Of a DNA stretch of 29,228 nucleotides, positions 7,980 to 15,762 are shown piece by piece. Within the stretch, counting starts at the first letter, position 1, and every line of letters starts with the position of its first letter. The translations under genes were made by a program, and so were the position numbers. Source of the stretch: Candidatus Methylomirabilia bacterium (GTDB taxonomy: Bacteria > Methylomirabilota > Methylomirabilia > Rokubacteriales > CSP1-6); contig JBGQHJ010000051.1 of assembly GCA_041497895.1 (NCBI GenBank), positions 1 through 29,228 on the forward strand, written 5' to 3'. The notes under the pieces are model-generated. The model had not been told where the DNA came from and made no database searches. It was given only the letters and a program-made list of their open reading frames with translations.

Positions 7980-8015
7980 CCCCTCACCCCGGCCCTCTCC
8001 CCAGGGGGGAGAGGG
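7980..8015 (+). repeat. boxC-like short palindromic intergenic element
   Basis: CCCCTCACCCCGG tail followed by hairpin CCCTCTCCCC-agg-GGGGAGAGGG (7993-8015), the pattern of the CCCTCACCCC..CCCTCTCCC..GGGAGAGGG repeat class. Confidence 0.75.
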
Positions 8016-8034
8016 AGCTCATGGTGAGGAGGCC

Positions 8035-9264
8035 ATGCAGGAAGTCAGTGTCGACCGGCTGATCGCGCTCGTCGCGCTCGCCGGCACCTATCTGGGCCTC
8101 GCCCTCGGGCGGCTGCCGTTCTTCCGCGTCGACCGCACCGGTGTGGCCATCATCGGCGGCGCGATCGTGGTGGTGAGCGGTCTCCTGCCGTGGGACCGGG
8201 CGGTGGCCGCGGTGGACGCCCACACCCTCGTGCTGCTGTTCGGCATGATGATCGTGGCCGCGTACCTGCGCCTCTCCGGCTTCTTCCGTCTCGTGACCTA
8301 CGCGGCGGTGCGCCGTGCCCACACCCCGGTGGGTCTGCTGGCCCTGATCATCGTGGCCGCGGGCGTGCTCTCCGCGCTCTTCGTCAACGACGTGGTCTGC
8401 CTGGTGATGGCCCCGATCGTGCTGGACCTCGTGCGGCGGCTCCAGCTGCCGCCCGCGCCCTACCTCATCGCGCTCGCCACCGCGGCCAACGTGGGCAGCG
8501 TGGCCACGCTGACCGGCAACCCGCAGAACATGCTGGTGGGCAGCTTCTCCGGCATCAGCTACCGCGCGTTCCTGCTGCGCGAGGCGCCGGTGGCGGTGAT
8601 CGGCCTCGCGCTCGTGTTCGGGGTGATCTGGCTCGCGTACCGGCGGCGGCTGCCGCCCGCGCTGCCGACCACGCCGCTCGACGAGCGGGGCGCGGTGCAC
8701 CACGCGCTGATGATCAAGACGGTGGCCGCGGTCTCGGTGATGCTGGTGGCGTTCCTCGCCGGGGTGCCGATCGCGCTGGTGGCCATCGGCGGCGCGGCCT
8801 ACTGTCTCCTCACGCGGCGGGTGAATCCCGACAAGGTCTACCGCGAGATCGACTGGGGACTCCTCGTGCTCTTCACCGGCCTCTTCGTGGTGATCGGCGG
8901 CGTCGAGGCCTCCGGCCTGGCCGGCGAGATCCTCGGCGGGGCCGCCGCGGCCGGCCTCTACCGCCCGGCGGTGCTCACCGTGGTGACCGCGGCGCTGTCG
9001 AATCTGGTCTCCAACGTGCCGGCGGTGCTGCTGTTCAAGACGGTGATCCCGACCTTCGGCGAGCCCACCCGCGCGTGGCTGCTGCTCGCGATGGCCTCCA
9101 CCCTCGCGGGCAACCTCACCATCCTGGGCTCGGTGGCGAACCTCATCGTGGTCGAGCAGGCGCGGGGGGCCGGTGTCCAGATCGGCTTCCTCGAGTACAG
9201 CCGGGTGGGCGTGCCGGTCACGATGCTGACCCTGCTGGTGGGCTGGCTCCTGCTGATCGCATAG
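8035..9264 (+). CDS. ArsB/NhaD (SLC13/CitMHS-like) anion transporter
   Basis: SD GAGGAGG before ATG 8035; VDRTGVA, LSALFVNDVVCL, ANVGSVATLTGNPQN, SNLVSNVPAV, STLAGNLTILGSVANLIV; highly hydrophobic. Confidence 0.92.
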   Translation: MQEVSVDRLIALVALAGTYLGLALGRLPFFRVDRTGVAIIGGAIVVVSGLLPWDRAVAAVDAHTLVLLFGMMIVAAYLRLSGFFRLVTYAAVRRAHTPVGLLALIIVAAGVLSALFVNDVVCLVMAPIVLDLVRRLQLPPAPYLIALATAANVGSVATLTGNPQNMLVGSFSGISYRAFLLREAPVAVIGLALVFGVIWLAYRRRLPPALPTTPLDERGAVHHALMIKTVAAVSVMLVAFLAGVPIALVAIGGAAYCLLTRRVNPDKVYREIDWGLLVLFTGLFVVIGGVEASGLAGEILGGAAAAGLYRPAVLTVVTAALSNLVSNVPAVLLFKTVIPTFGEPTRAWLLLAMASTLAGNLTILGSVANLIVVEQARGAGVQIGFLEYSRVGVPVTMLTLLVGWLLLIA

Positions 9265-9280
9265 GGAGGGGACCGGACCC

Positions 9281-10840
9281 GTGGCGCTCCTCGCCGACCT
9301 GGCCGACCTCCGCGCCCGCGTCGCCTCGAGCGGCGGACGGCTCGAGAAGCGCCGGCTCGTCGCGGAGTATCTGCGCGCGCTGCCGCCCGACGACCTCGCG
9401 CGCGCCGTCACCTACCTGAGCGGGCGCGCGTTCCCGGCCTCGGACCCGCGCGTGCTCAACGTGCGCGGCCTCCCGGTGCCCGCGGGGCCGGCCGCGCCGC
9501 CCCTCACGCAGGCGGACGTGGCCGCGGCCTTCGGCGCCGTCGCCGAGGCCGCGGGGCCGGGCGCCCGGCGGCTCCGCGAGGCGCGGCTCGGCGAGCTGGT
9601 CGCGCGCGCCTCGGAGGCCGAGCGCGACCTGCTCCAGCGCATCATCTACGGCGAGATGCGGATGGGCCTTTCGGAGGGGCTGGTGCTCGAGGCGATCGCG
9701 GAGGCCGCGGGCGTGCCGCCGGCACTGGTCCGCCGCGCCGCGCTGGTCACCGGCGATCTCACCGCGGTGGCCGCCCTCGCGCTGGGCCGGGGCGCGGAGG
9801 CCCTGGCCGAGGCGCAGCCCCGCGTCTTCGTGCCGCTGCTGCCGATGCTGGCCGAGATCGCGATCGATCCGGCCGAGGCGCTGGCCGCGCACGGCGGGAC
9901 CTCCGCGATGGAGTACAAGTACGACGGCGCGCGCATCCAGCTCCACCGCGACGGCGACCGGGTGGCGATCTGGAGCCGGCGCATGTCCGACGTCACGCGG
10001 AGCCTGCCCGACATCGTGGCCATCGCCCGGCGCGATCTCTCGGGCACGCCGCTCATCCTGGACGGCGAGGTGGTCGCCCTCGACGCGGCGGGCCGCCCGC
10101 TGCCTTTCCAGGAGCTGATGCGCCGCTTCCGCCGGGTGCGCGGCGTCGAGGCCGCGGCGGGCGCGCTGCCGCTCACGCTCCACCTCTTCGACTGCCTGAT
10201 GGCGGACGGGCGGCCGTGCCTCGACGAGCCCTACGCGCGCCGCTGGGAGATCCTCGAGCGCGTGACCGGCGGCCGCTGGCTGGCCGAGCGCGCCCTGGTG
10301 GCGCGGGCGGAGGACGGCGCCGCGCTCATGGCCCGCGCGCTCGCGGCCGGCCACGAGGGCCTGATGGCCAAGGACCCGGCGAGCCCCTACGAGCCGGGCG
10401 GCCGCGGCAAGAAGTGGCTCAAGCTGAAGGCCGCGCTCACGGTGGACTGCGTGATCGTGGCCGCCGACCGCGGCTCCGGCCGCCGCGTGGGCTGGCTCTC
10501 CAACTACCACCTGGCGGTGCGCGACGGAGACGGGTGGGCGGAAGTGGGCAAGACCTTCAAGGGCCTCACCGACCGCGAGTTCACCGAGATGACCGAGCGG
10601 CTGCGCGCGCTGGCCAGCGGCGACGACGGCTACACGGTGCGCGTGCGCCCGGAGGTCGTGGTGGAGGTGGACTACAACGAGATCCAGAAGAGCCCGACCT
10701 ACCCGTCCGGCTTCGCGCTGCGCTTCGCCCGCATCGCCCGCGTCCGCCCGGACAAGGCCCCCGGCCAGGCCACCACGCTCGAGGAGCTGCGCTCCCTCTA
10801 CGAGCGCCAGTTCGCGACGAAGGGCCGCGCCGGGCCCTAG
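9281..10840 (+). CDS. ligB: ATP-dependent DNA ligase (LigB/archaeal-type)
   Basis: Motif I EYKYDGAR, LDGEVV, LFDCL, HEGLMAK, WLKLK, VGKTFKGLTD, ALRFARIARVRPDK; N-terminal DNA-binding domain. Confidence 0.93.
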   Translation: MALLADLADLRARVASSGGRLEKRRLVAEYLRALPPDDLARAVTYLSGRAFPASDPRVLNVRGLPVPAGPAAPPLTQADVAAAFGAVAEAAGPGARRLREARLGELVARASEAERDLLQRIIYGEMRMGLSEGLVLEAIAEAAGVPPALVRRAALVTGDLTAVAALALGRGAEALAEAQPRVFVPLLPMLAEIAIDPAEALAAHGGTSAMEYKYDGARIQLHRDGDRVAIWSRRMSDVTRSLPDIVAIARRDLSGTPLILDGEVVALDAAGRPLPFQELMRRFRRVRGVEAAAGALPLTLHLFDCLMADGRPCLDEPYARRWEILERVTGGRWLAERALVARAEDGAALMARALAAGHEGLMAKDPASPYEPGGRGKKWLKLKAALTVDCVIVAADRGSGRRVGWLSNYHLAVRDGDGWAEVGKTFKGLTDREFTEMTERLRALASGDDGYTVRVRPEVVVEVDYNEIQKSPTYPSGFALRFARIARVRPDKAPGQATTLEELRSLYERQFATKGRAGP

Positions 10841-10864
10841 CCGGGTCGGGGGCGCGCCGCGCCG

Positions 10865-11512
10865 CTAGGCCACCACGTACTCGAGCAGCCAGAAGTACTG
10901 CAGCTCCCGGTACGCGACGCCGGTGGCGTGCGGGTGGATCAGCGCCTCCAGCCGGACGCGGTCGAAGAGGTTCTTGACGATCTCGAAGCGCCCGCCGTCC
11001 TGGAGGCGCCGCATCTCGTAGCGGTTGCCGGCCACGTCGACGCGGCTGACCGGCGGGTTCGGGCGCTCGTCGGTCGCGCGCTCGTCGAACATCAGCACCA
11101 CCGCGCCCGGCTCGAGGTGGGAGTGGAAGGCGCGGAGGAACGCGTCCATCCGGGCGAGGTCGACGTGCGACAGCCAGAGGCCGGCCAGGCCCGCGTCGAA
11201 GCGCACGGCGGTGTCCGCGGGCGCGTAGGCGTCGCGCCGCTCGAACGAGACCGGCGCCGCGTAGGTCTTGGCCCGGGCGAGCGCGAGGGTGTCGTCGTTG
11301 ACGTCGGTGGCGTGGACGGCGCGGGCGCGCCCGGCCGCGACGTGCGTCCAGTAGCCGGTCCCGCACGCCACCTCGAAGAGCCGGCGGCCCGCGAAGAAGT
11401 CGGCCACGCGCGGCCGGAGCACGGCCAGGTCGTCCTGCCAGCGCGGGCTCGTGTAGACCCGCTCGTACTCCGCCGCGCGGCGGGCGTAGTAGGCGGTCAT
11501 CTCCCGCGTCAT
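10865..11512 (-). CDS. Class I SAM-dependent methyltransferase
   Basis: YYARRAAEYE, motif I FEVACGTGYWT, ATDVN, WLSHV, LEPGAVV, EIVKN. Confidence 0.9.
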   Translation of the reverse strand: MTREMTAYYARRAAEYERVYTSPRWQDDLAVLRPRVADFFAGRRLFEVACGTGYWTHVAAGRARAVHATDVNDDTLALARAKTYAAPVSFERRDAYAPADTAVRFDAGLAGLWLSHVDLARMDAFLRAFHSHLEPGAVVLMFDERATDERPNPPVSRVDVAGNRYEMRRLQDGGRFEIVKNLFDRVRLEALIHPHATGVAYRELQYFWLLEYVVA

Positions 11513-11522
11513 CGGCGCCCGG

Positions 11523-12545
11523 TCAGCCGGAGAGCTCGCCCCGCACGATCGCGGCCCCCGCGCCGAGGGCCCGCAGCTTGCCGCGCGCCACGTCGCGCGA
11601 GAGTGGCACCATCCCGCAGTTGGTGCAGGGGTAGATGCGCGAGGCGGGCACGTGGCGCATCGCGGAGCGGATGACCGCGGCGACCTCCTCGGGGGTCTCG
11701 ACGCGGTCGGTGGCCACGTCGACCGCCCCGACCAGGACGTCCTTGTCGCCGAGCAGGCCGATGAGGGAGATGGGCACCCGCGAGCCGGCGCACTCGAGCG
11801 AGACCCCGCCGATCAGGCTCCGGGCCAGGAGCGGGAAGGTCTGCTCGTACTGCCGCCACTCGCCGCCCAGGGTCTGCTTCCAGTCGGTGTTGGCCTTGAT
11901 GCCGTAGCCGTAGCAGATGTGCACCGCGGTGCGGCAGCGCAGGCCCTCGACCGCGCGGTCGAGCGCGGCCACGCCCCAGTCGCGCACCTCGTCCATGTAG
12001 ACGTTGAAGGCGGGCTCGTCGAGCTGCAGCATGTCGAGCCCGAGCGCCTCCAGCTCGCGCGCCTCCTCGTTGATGAGGCGGGCCAGGTCCATGGCGAGCC
12101 GGGCCCGGCTGCCGTAGTGGGCGTCGTGGATCGTGTCCACGATCGTCATCGGCCCGGGGATCGTCAGCTTGAGGTGGCGCGTGGTGTTGGCCCGCGCCCA
12201 CCGGACGTCCTCGCCGTGGATGGAGCCGCGTCGGCGCACCGGGCCGGTGACGGTGGGTACGGTCGCCTGGTAGCGGTCGGCGCGGATGCCGATCGTGACC
12301 ATCTTCGAGAAGTCGACGCCCTCGAGCTGCTCGACGAAGCCCCAGACGAAGTGCCGGCGGGTCTGCTCGCCGTCGGTCACGATGTCGATGCCGGCCTGCT
12401 CCTGCTCGCGCAGGGCCAGGAGCACCGCGTCGCGCTTGCCCTCCTCGAGGGGGCGGCCCTCGAGCCGCCAGGGGGCCCACAGCACGTTCGGGGGCGCGAG
12501 CCACTCGGGCTTGGGCAGGCTGCCGGCGATGGTGGTCGGGAGCAT
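11523..12545 (-). CDS. mesD: Core (single-barrel) folate-independent methionine synthase, MesD-type
   Basis: 340 aa from ATG 12545: TTIAGSLPKPEWL, LWAPWRL, TDGEQTR, PGPMTIVDT, QLDEPAFNV, Zn ligands in HICYGYGIKANTDWK, SLEC and PCTNCGM. Subfamily call is from recalled sequence similarity. Confidence 0.85.
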   Translation of the reverse strand: MLPTTIAGSLPKPEWLAPPNVLWAPWRLEGRPLEEGKRDAVLLALREQEQAGIDIVTDGEQTRRHFVWGFVEQLEGVDFSKMVTIGIRADRYQATVPTVTGPVRRRGSIHGEDVRWARANTTRHLKLTIPGPMTIVDTIHDAHYGSRARLAMDLARLINEEARELEALGLDMLQLDEPAFNVYMDEVRDWGVAALDRAVEGLRCRTAVHICYGYGIKANTDWKQTLGGEWRQYEQTFPLLARSLIGGVSLECAGSRVPISLIGLLGDKDVLVGAVDVATDRVETPEEVAAVIRSAMRHVPASRIYPCTNCGMVPLSRDVARGKLRALGAGAAIVRGELSG

Positions 12546-12558
12546 GGCCGAGGGCGGC

Positions 12559-12568
12559 ATGGTATCAT
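12559..12568. promoter_or_regulatory. Fully overlapping bidirectional extended -10 elements
   Basis: Plus TGgTATCAT (12560-12568), 7 nt before GTG 12576; minus TGaTACCAT (12567-12559), 13 nt before ATG 12545; only 30 bp separate the two start codons. Confidence 0.6.
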
Positions 12569-12575
12569 GGCCGCC

Positions 12576-12830
12576 GTGATCCGGCAGTGGTGCCTCCTCC
12601 TGATCGTCGCATCGAGTCTCCTGGTCGGCTGCAGCTCCGAGCGGGATCGGCAGTGGTACAAGCCGAACGTGAACTACACGGTGGACGAGTTCAAGCGCGA
12701 CCGCGACGGCTGCACCACGGGCAATACCCTCGACGAGCAGTGCATGAAGGATCGTGGCTGGGTCCCTCTCACCAGCGACCGACCGTCCGCGCCCAAGGTC
12801 CAGCCGAGCACGCGTGGGCCCCGCTACTAG
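12576..12830 (+). CDS. Small lipoprotein, unknown function
   Basis: MIRQWCLLLIVASSLLVG-C lipobox; mature part WYKP...FKRDRDGC...CMKDRGW with a Cys pair; alternative ATG at 12567. Confidence 0.8.
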   Translation: MIRQWCLLLIVASSLLVGCSSERDRQWYKPNVNYTVDEFKRDRDGCTTGNTLDEQCMKDRGWVPLTSDRPSAPKVQPSTRGPRY

Positions 12831-13446
12831 TCCGCGCGCCGTCGTCTTCGACTTCGGCGGGGTCCTGTGGGACATGCGCTGGGACGTGGCCCGCGAGCTG
12901 GACCGCCTCCACGGCCTGCCGCGCTCCTCGGTCTTCGAGACGCTCTACCGCTCGCCGGACTGGGCCGACATCGAGCGCGGGCTCGGTGATCCGGCCGCAT
13001 GGCTCGACGGCGCGCACGCCGAGCTCGAGCGCCGGGCCGGCCGCGCGCTGCCGCGCCTGCACGCGGAGTGGCGCAAGGCGCAGGCGCCCATCGACCTCAA
13101 CATCGCGCTGGTGCGCGCGCTGCGCCCGGCCTATCGCTGCTCGGTCCTGAGCAACGCGGACGTCTCGCTGCGCGGCCGCCTGGAGGGCGAGCTGGCCCTG
13201 CATCACCTGTTCGACGACGTCGTGGTCTCCGCCGAGGTCGGCGTGGCGAAGCCCGCGGCCCGGATCTTCCAGCTCGCCGCGGAGCGCCTGGGCCTCCCGC
13301 CGGCGGCGTGCGTGTTCGTGGACGACTGGGACAAGAACGTCGAGGCCGCGCGCGAGGTCGGCATGCAGGCGGTCCTCCACCGGGTGGATCAGGGGCACGA
13401 CCTGCGCGCCCAGCTCGCCGCGGTGGGCGTGATCGTGGGGGCGTAG
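12814..13446 (+). CDS. HAD-superfamily phosphatase/hydrolase
   Basis: AVVFDFGGVL (motif I), LSN (II), SAEVGVAKP (III), FVDD...NVEAAREVGM (IV); GTG 12814 is the likely start, overlapping the lipoprotein end. Confidence 0.9.
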   Translation: MGPATSPRAVVFDFGGVLWDMRWDVARELDRLHGLPRSSVFETLYRSPDWADIERGLGDPAAWLDGAHAELERRAGRALPRLHAEWRKAQAPIDLNIALVRALRPAYRCSVLSNADVSLRGRLEGELALHHLFDDVVVSAEVGVAKPAARIFQLAAERLGLPPAACVFVDDWDKNVEAAREVGMQAVLHRVDQGHDLRAQLAAVGVIVGA

Positions 13447-13452
13447 CCGGCC

Positions 13453-14415
13453 GTGGCGCGCACCGCGCTCTTCCTGAGCCCCGGCGCCGAGCTGGCGCCC
13501 GCGCTGGCCCTGGCGCGGCGCGCCGACACGCTCGGCTACGAGAGCCTCTGGGTGACGCACGGCATCGGGCGCGACGCGCTGCAGGTGCTCGCGGCCTACG
13601 GCCACGTCGCCCCGCACGCGGGCCTCGGCAGCGGGGTCATCCCGATCTACCCGCGGCATCCGGTGCTCCTCGCCCAGGAGGCGCTCACGCTGTCCGACGT
13701 GAGCGGCGGCCGCCTGCGTCTCGGTATCGGGGTGAGCCACAAGCCGATGATGGAAGGGGCGCTGGGGCTCGACATGGGCCGGCCGCTCGACGTCACCCGC
13801 GAGTACGTGACGGTGCTGCGCGCCGCCCTCACCGGCAAGGTGCAGCACCAGGGCGCGCGCTATCGCGTGAGCTGGCAGAGCGGCCTGCCGCGGGTGCCGG
13901 CGGCGCCGCCGATCCTGCTGGGCGGGCTGGCCCCCCGCATGCTCGAGCTGGCCGGCGAGATCGCCGACGGGGTGGTGCTGTGGCTGGCCGCGCCCGCGTA
14001 CGTGCGCGAGCAGGCGGTCCCCGCCATCCGCCGCGGGCGCGAGCGGGCGGGCAAGCCGCTCCAGGGCTTCGAGATCGTGGCGGCGGTGCCGGCCGCGCTC
14101 ACCGCGGATCGCCCCGCCGCCACCGCGCTGTTCCGGACCGAGCTCACGCGCTATCTCGCCCTGCCGTTCTACCGCGCCATGCTCGAGCAGAGCGGCTTCG
14201 CGCCGGAGATCGCCGCCTACGACCGGGCGCCGAAGCCGGAGTCGGTCCCCGACCGGCTCGTGGCCGCGCTCGGCGGCATCGGCGACTTCCGGACCGTGTC
14301 CGCCTTCGTCACCGCGTATCGCGAGGCCGGCGTCACGCTTCCGGCGGTCCGCCCCATCGGCTTCCCGGACGCCACCCACTACGAGCCTACCGTGGAGGCC
14401 GGCGCCACCGCGTGA
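13453..14415 (+). CDS. LLM-class flavin-dependent oxidoreductase
   Basis: LGYESLWV, IPIYPRHPVLLAQEALTL, SGGRLRLGIGVSH, PRMLELAGEIADG. Confidence 0.92.
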   Translation: MARTALFLSPGAELAPALALARRADTLGYESLWVTHGIGRDALQVLAAYGHVAPHAGLGSGVIPIYPRHPVLLAQEALTLSDVSGGRLRLGIGVSHKPMMEGALGLDMGRPLDVTREYVTVLRAALTGKVQHQGARYRVSWQSGLPRVPAAPPILLGGLAPRMLELAGEIADGVVLWLAAPAYVREQAVPAIRRGRERAGKPLQGFEIVAAVPAALTADRPAATALFRTELTRYLALPFYRAMLEQSGFAPEIAAYDRAPKPESVPDRLVAALGGIGDFRTVSAFVTAYREAGVTLPAVRPIGFPDATHYEPTVEAGATA

Positions 14416-14418
14416 CGC

Positions 14419-14444
14419 GCCGCCGGGCCCCCGCGCCCGGCGGC
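14419..14444 (+). terminator. GC-rich hairpin right after the LLM stop codon (possible terminator / 3' stabiliser)
   Basis: GCCGCCGGGC-ccccgc-GCCCGGCGGC, perfect 10-bp stem; no U-tract. Confidence 0.4.
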
Positions 14445-14447
14445 CCC

Positions 14448-14473
14448 CCGGAAATTCCGGCCCGTGCCAGACT
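14448..14473 (+). promoter_or_regulatory. Palindrome plus extended -10-like element upstream of three membrane-protein genes
   Basis: CCGGAA-A-TTCCGG (14448-14460) followed by TGcCAGACT (14465-14473); ATG at 14486. Confidence 0.4.
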
Positions 14474-14485
14474 GGAAGGGCGCCC

Positions 14486-14755
14486 ATGACGAACCCCTTC
14501 GTCAAGCACGTAGCCCTGCCGGCCCTGGCCCCGGCCGCCCTGATCGGGCTCTACTTCACGCCCGTGCTGCTGTTCGGCTGCGTCAACCGCGGGCTCCTCG
14601 CGGTGGGCGTCGCGCTCCTCTCGGCCACCGCGGCCTTCGTCACGGTCGGCATCGCTCTGCGCCTGCGCGTGCAGGGGAAGCCCGCGGGCCTCTGGATCCT
14701 GTCGACCCTCATCCTGGCCTCGCCGCTCGCCCTGCTCCTGGGGCCGCTCGGTTGA
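14486..14755 (+). CDS. Small hypothetical membrane protein (about 3 TM)
   Basis: 89 aa hydrophobic ORF with host-like codon usage (LYFTPVLLFGCVNRGL). Confidence 0.75.
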   Translation: MTNPFVKHVALPALAPAALIGLYFTPVLLFGCVNRGLLAVGVALLSATAAFVTVGIALRLRVQGKPAGLWILSTLILASPLALLLGPLG

Positions 14756-14775
14756 GGGAGCCGCGGCGCGCGTCC

Positions 14776-15315
14776 ATGTGGAGGGCGCTGCTGGTCGCCG
14801 CGACCGTCGGATGGGAGCTCTACGCGATCGTCGCGGTGAGCGACGCGGGGGTCGGGTTCCTCGACGTCGCGCTGGTCGTTCCCGCCGCCTGTCTCCTGGC
14901 CATCGCGTGGGCGATCCCGCGGGGCCCGGCGCGCGCGGCCGGGTGGCGTCGGCCCGGCCTTCTGGCGCTGTGGGCCTCGTTCCCGGTCCTCGGCGCGGCG
15001 CTGGTCGCCATCTATCTCTCGAGCCAGAGCCCGATCAATCCGCTCTTCCGCGTGCGCTTCCACGCGAGCGAGCGGGCGCTCACCCGGGCCGCGGAGGGAC
15101 TCGCCGCCGGCCCGGGCCAGGCCGAGCGGCTGCGGGTCGGCCTGTTCCGCGCGACCTACGCGACGGTGATGTCGCCCGACGAGGTGCGCTTCCTGACCGC
15201 GGACTGCGGCGTCATCGACCAGTGCGGTCTCGCCTACCGTCCGCGCTCGCGGCCGACCGGCACCCGCTATGCGCACATCGCGGGGCCCTGGTACCTGATC
15301 TACGAGCCGTTCTGA
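14776..15315 (+). CDS. Hypothetical membrane protein with a C-terminal soluble domain
   Basis: ATG 14776 (MWRALLVA...); three hydrophobic segments then DCGVIDQCGLAY...YAHIAGPWY. Confidence 0.7.
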   Translation: MWRALLVAATVGWELYAIVAVSDAGVGFLDVALVVPAACLLAIAWAIPRGPARAAGWRRPGLLALWASFPVLGAALVAIYLSSQSPINPLFRVRFHASERALTRAAEGLAAGPGQAERLRVGLFRATYATVMSPDEVRFLTADCGVIDQCGLAYRPRSRPTGTRYAHIAGPWYLIYEPF

Positions 15316-15325
15316 CCGCGGACCG

Positions 15326-15685
15326 ATGAGCGCGCGGATACGACCGGTCGTCGAAGCCGTCGCGCTCGCCGGCCTTGCCGCGGGCCTGGGGTACGGGGCG
15401 ACGTACGCGACCAAGCACTACGCGCCGGTTCTCTGGTTCGCCTGGCTGGGATCGGGCGCGGCCATCGCGTTCGTGCTCAGCCGGTGGCAGCCCCGCTACT
15501 GGGTCGCGGTGGGAGTGGCCACGCCGTCTCTCGTGCTCGCCGAGACGATCTGGAAGCTGCCGAGCTCGCCGCCCACCGCCGCCGCCCTGGGACTCGGGTT
15601 CGGGGTGTTCTGGGCGCTGACGTCGCTGGCGGGCGCGGCCCTCGGTCGGCCGGCCGCGTCCGGCACGAGCCGCGCGGGGGCGTGA
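15326..15685 (+). CDS. Hypothetical membrane protein (about 4 TM)
   Basis: 119 aa hydrophobic ORF, 10 nt after the previous stop. Confidence 0.65.
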   Translation: MSARIRPVVEAVALAGLAAGLGYGATYATKHYAPVLWFAWLGSGAAIAFVLSRWQPRYWVAVGVATPSLVLAETIWKLPSSPPTAAALGLGFGVFWALTSLAGAALGRPAASGTSRAGA

Positions 15686-15762
15686 AGCGTAGCGCCCGGC
15701 CCCGTCCTCCCTTTTTCGGTACACGGGACCATGCGCAACCACGCGTCCCTGAAGGAGCGAGT

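Noticed and set aside
9281..11512. Ligase plus methyltransferase as a defence or restriction-modification system
   Set aside because: The genes are convergent, and the methyltransferase lacks DNA-MTase catalytic motifs (DPPY/NPPY/PC).
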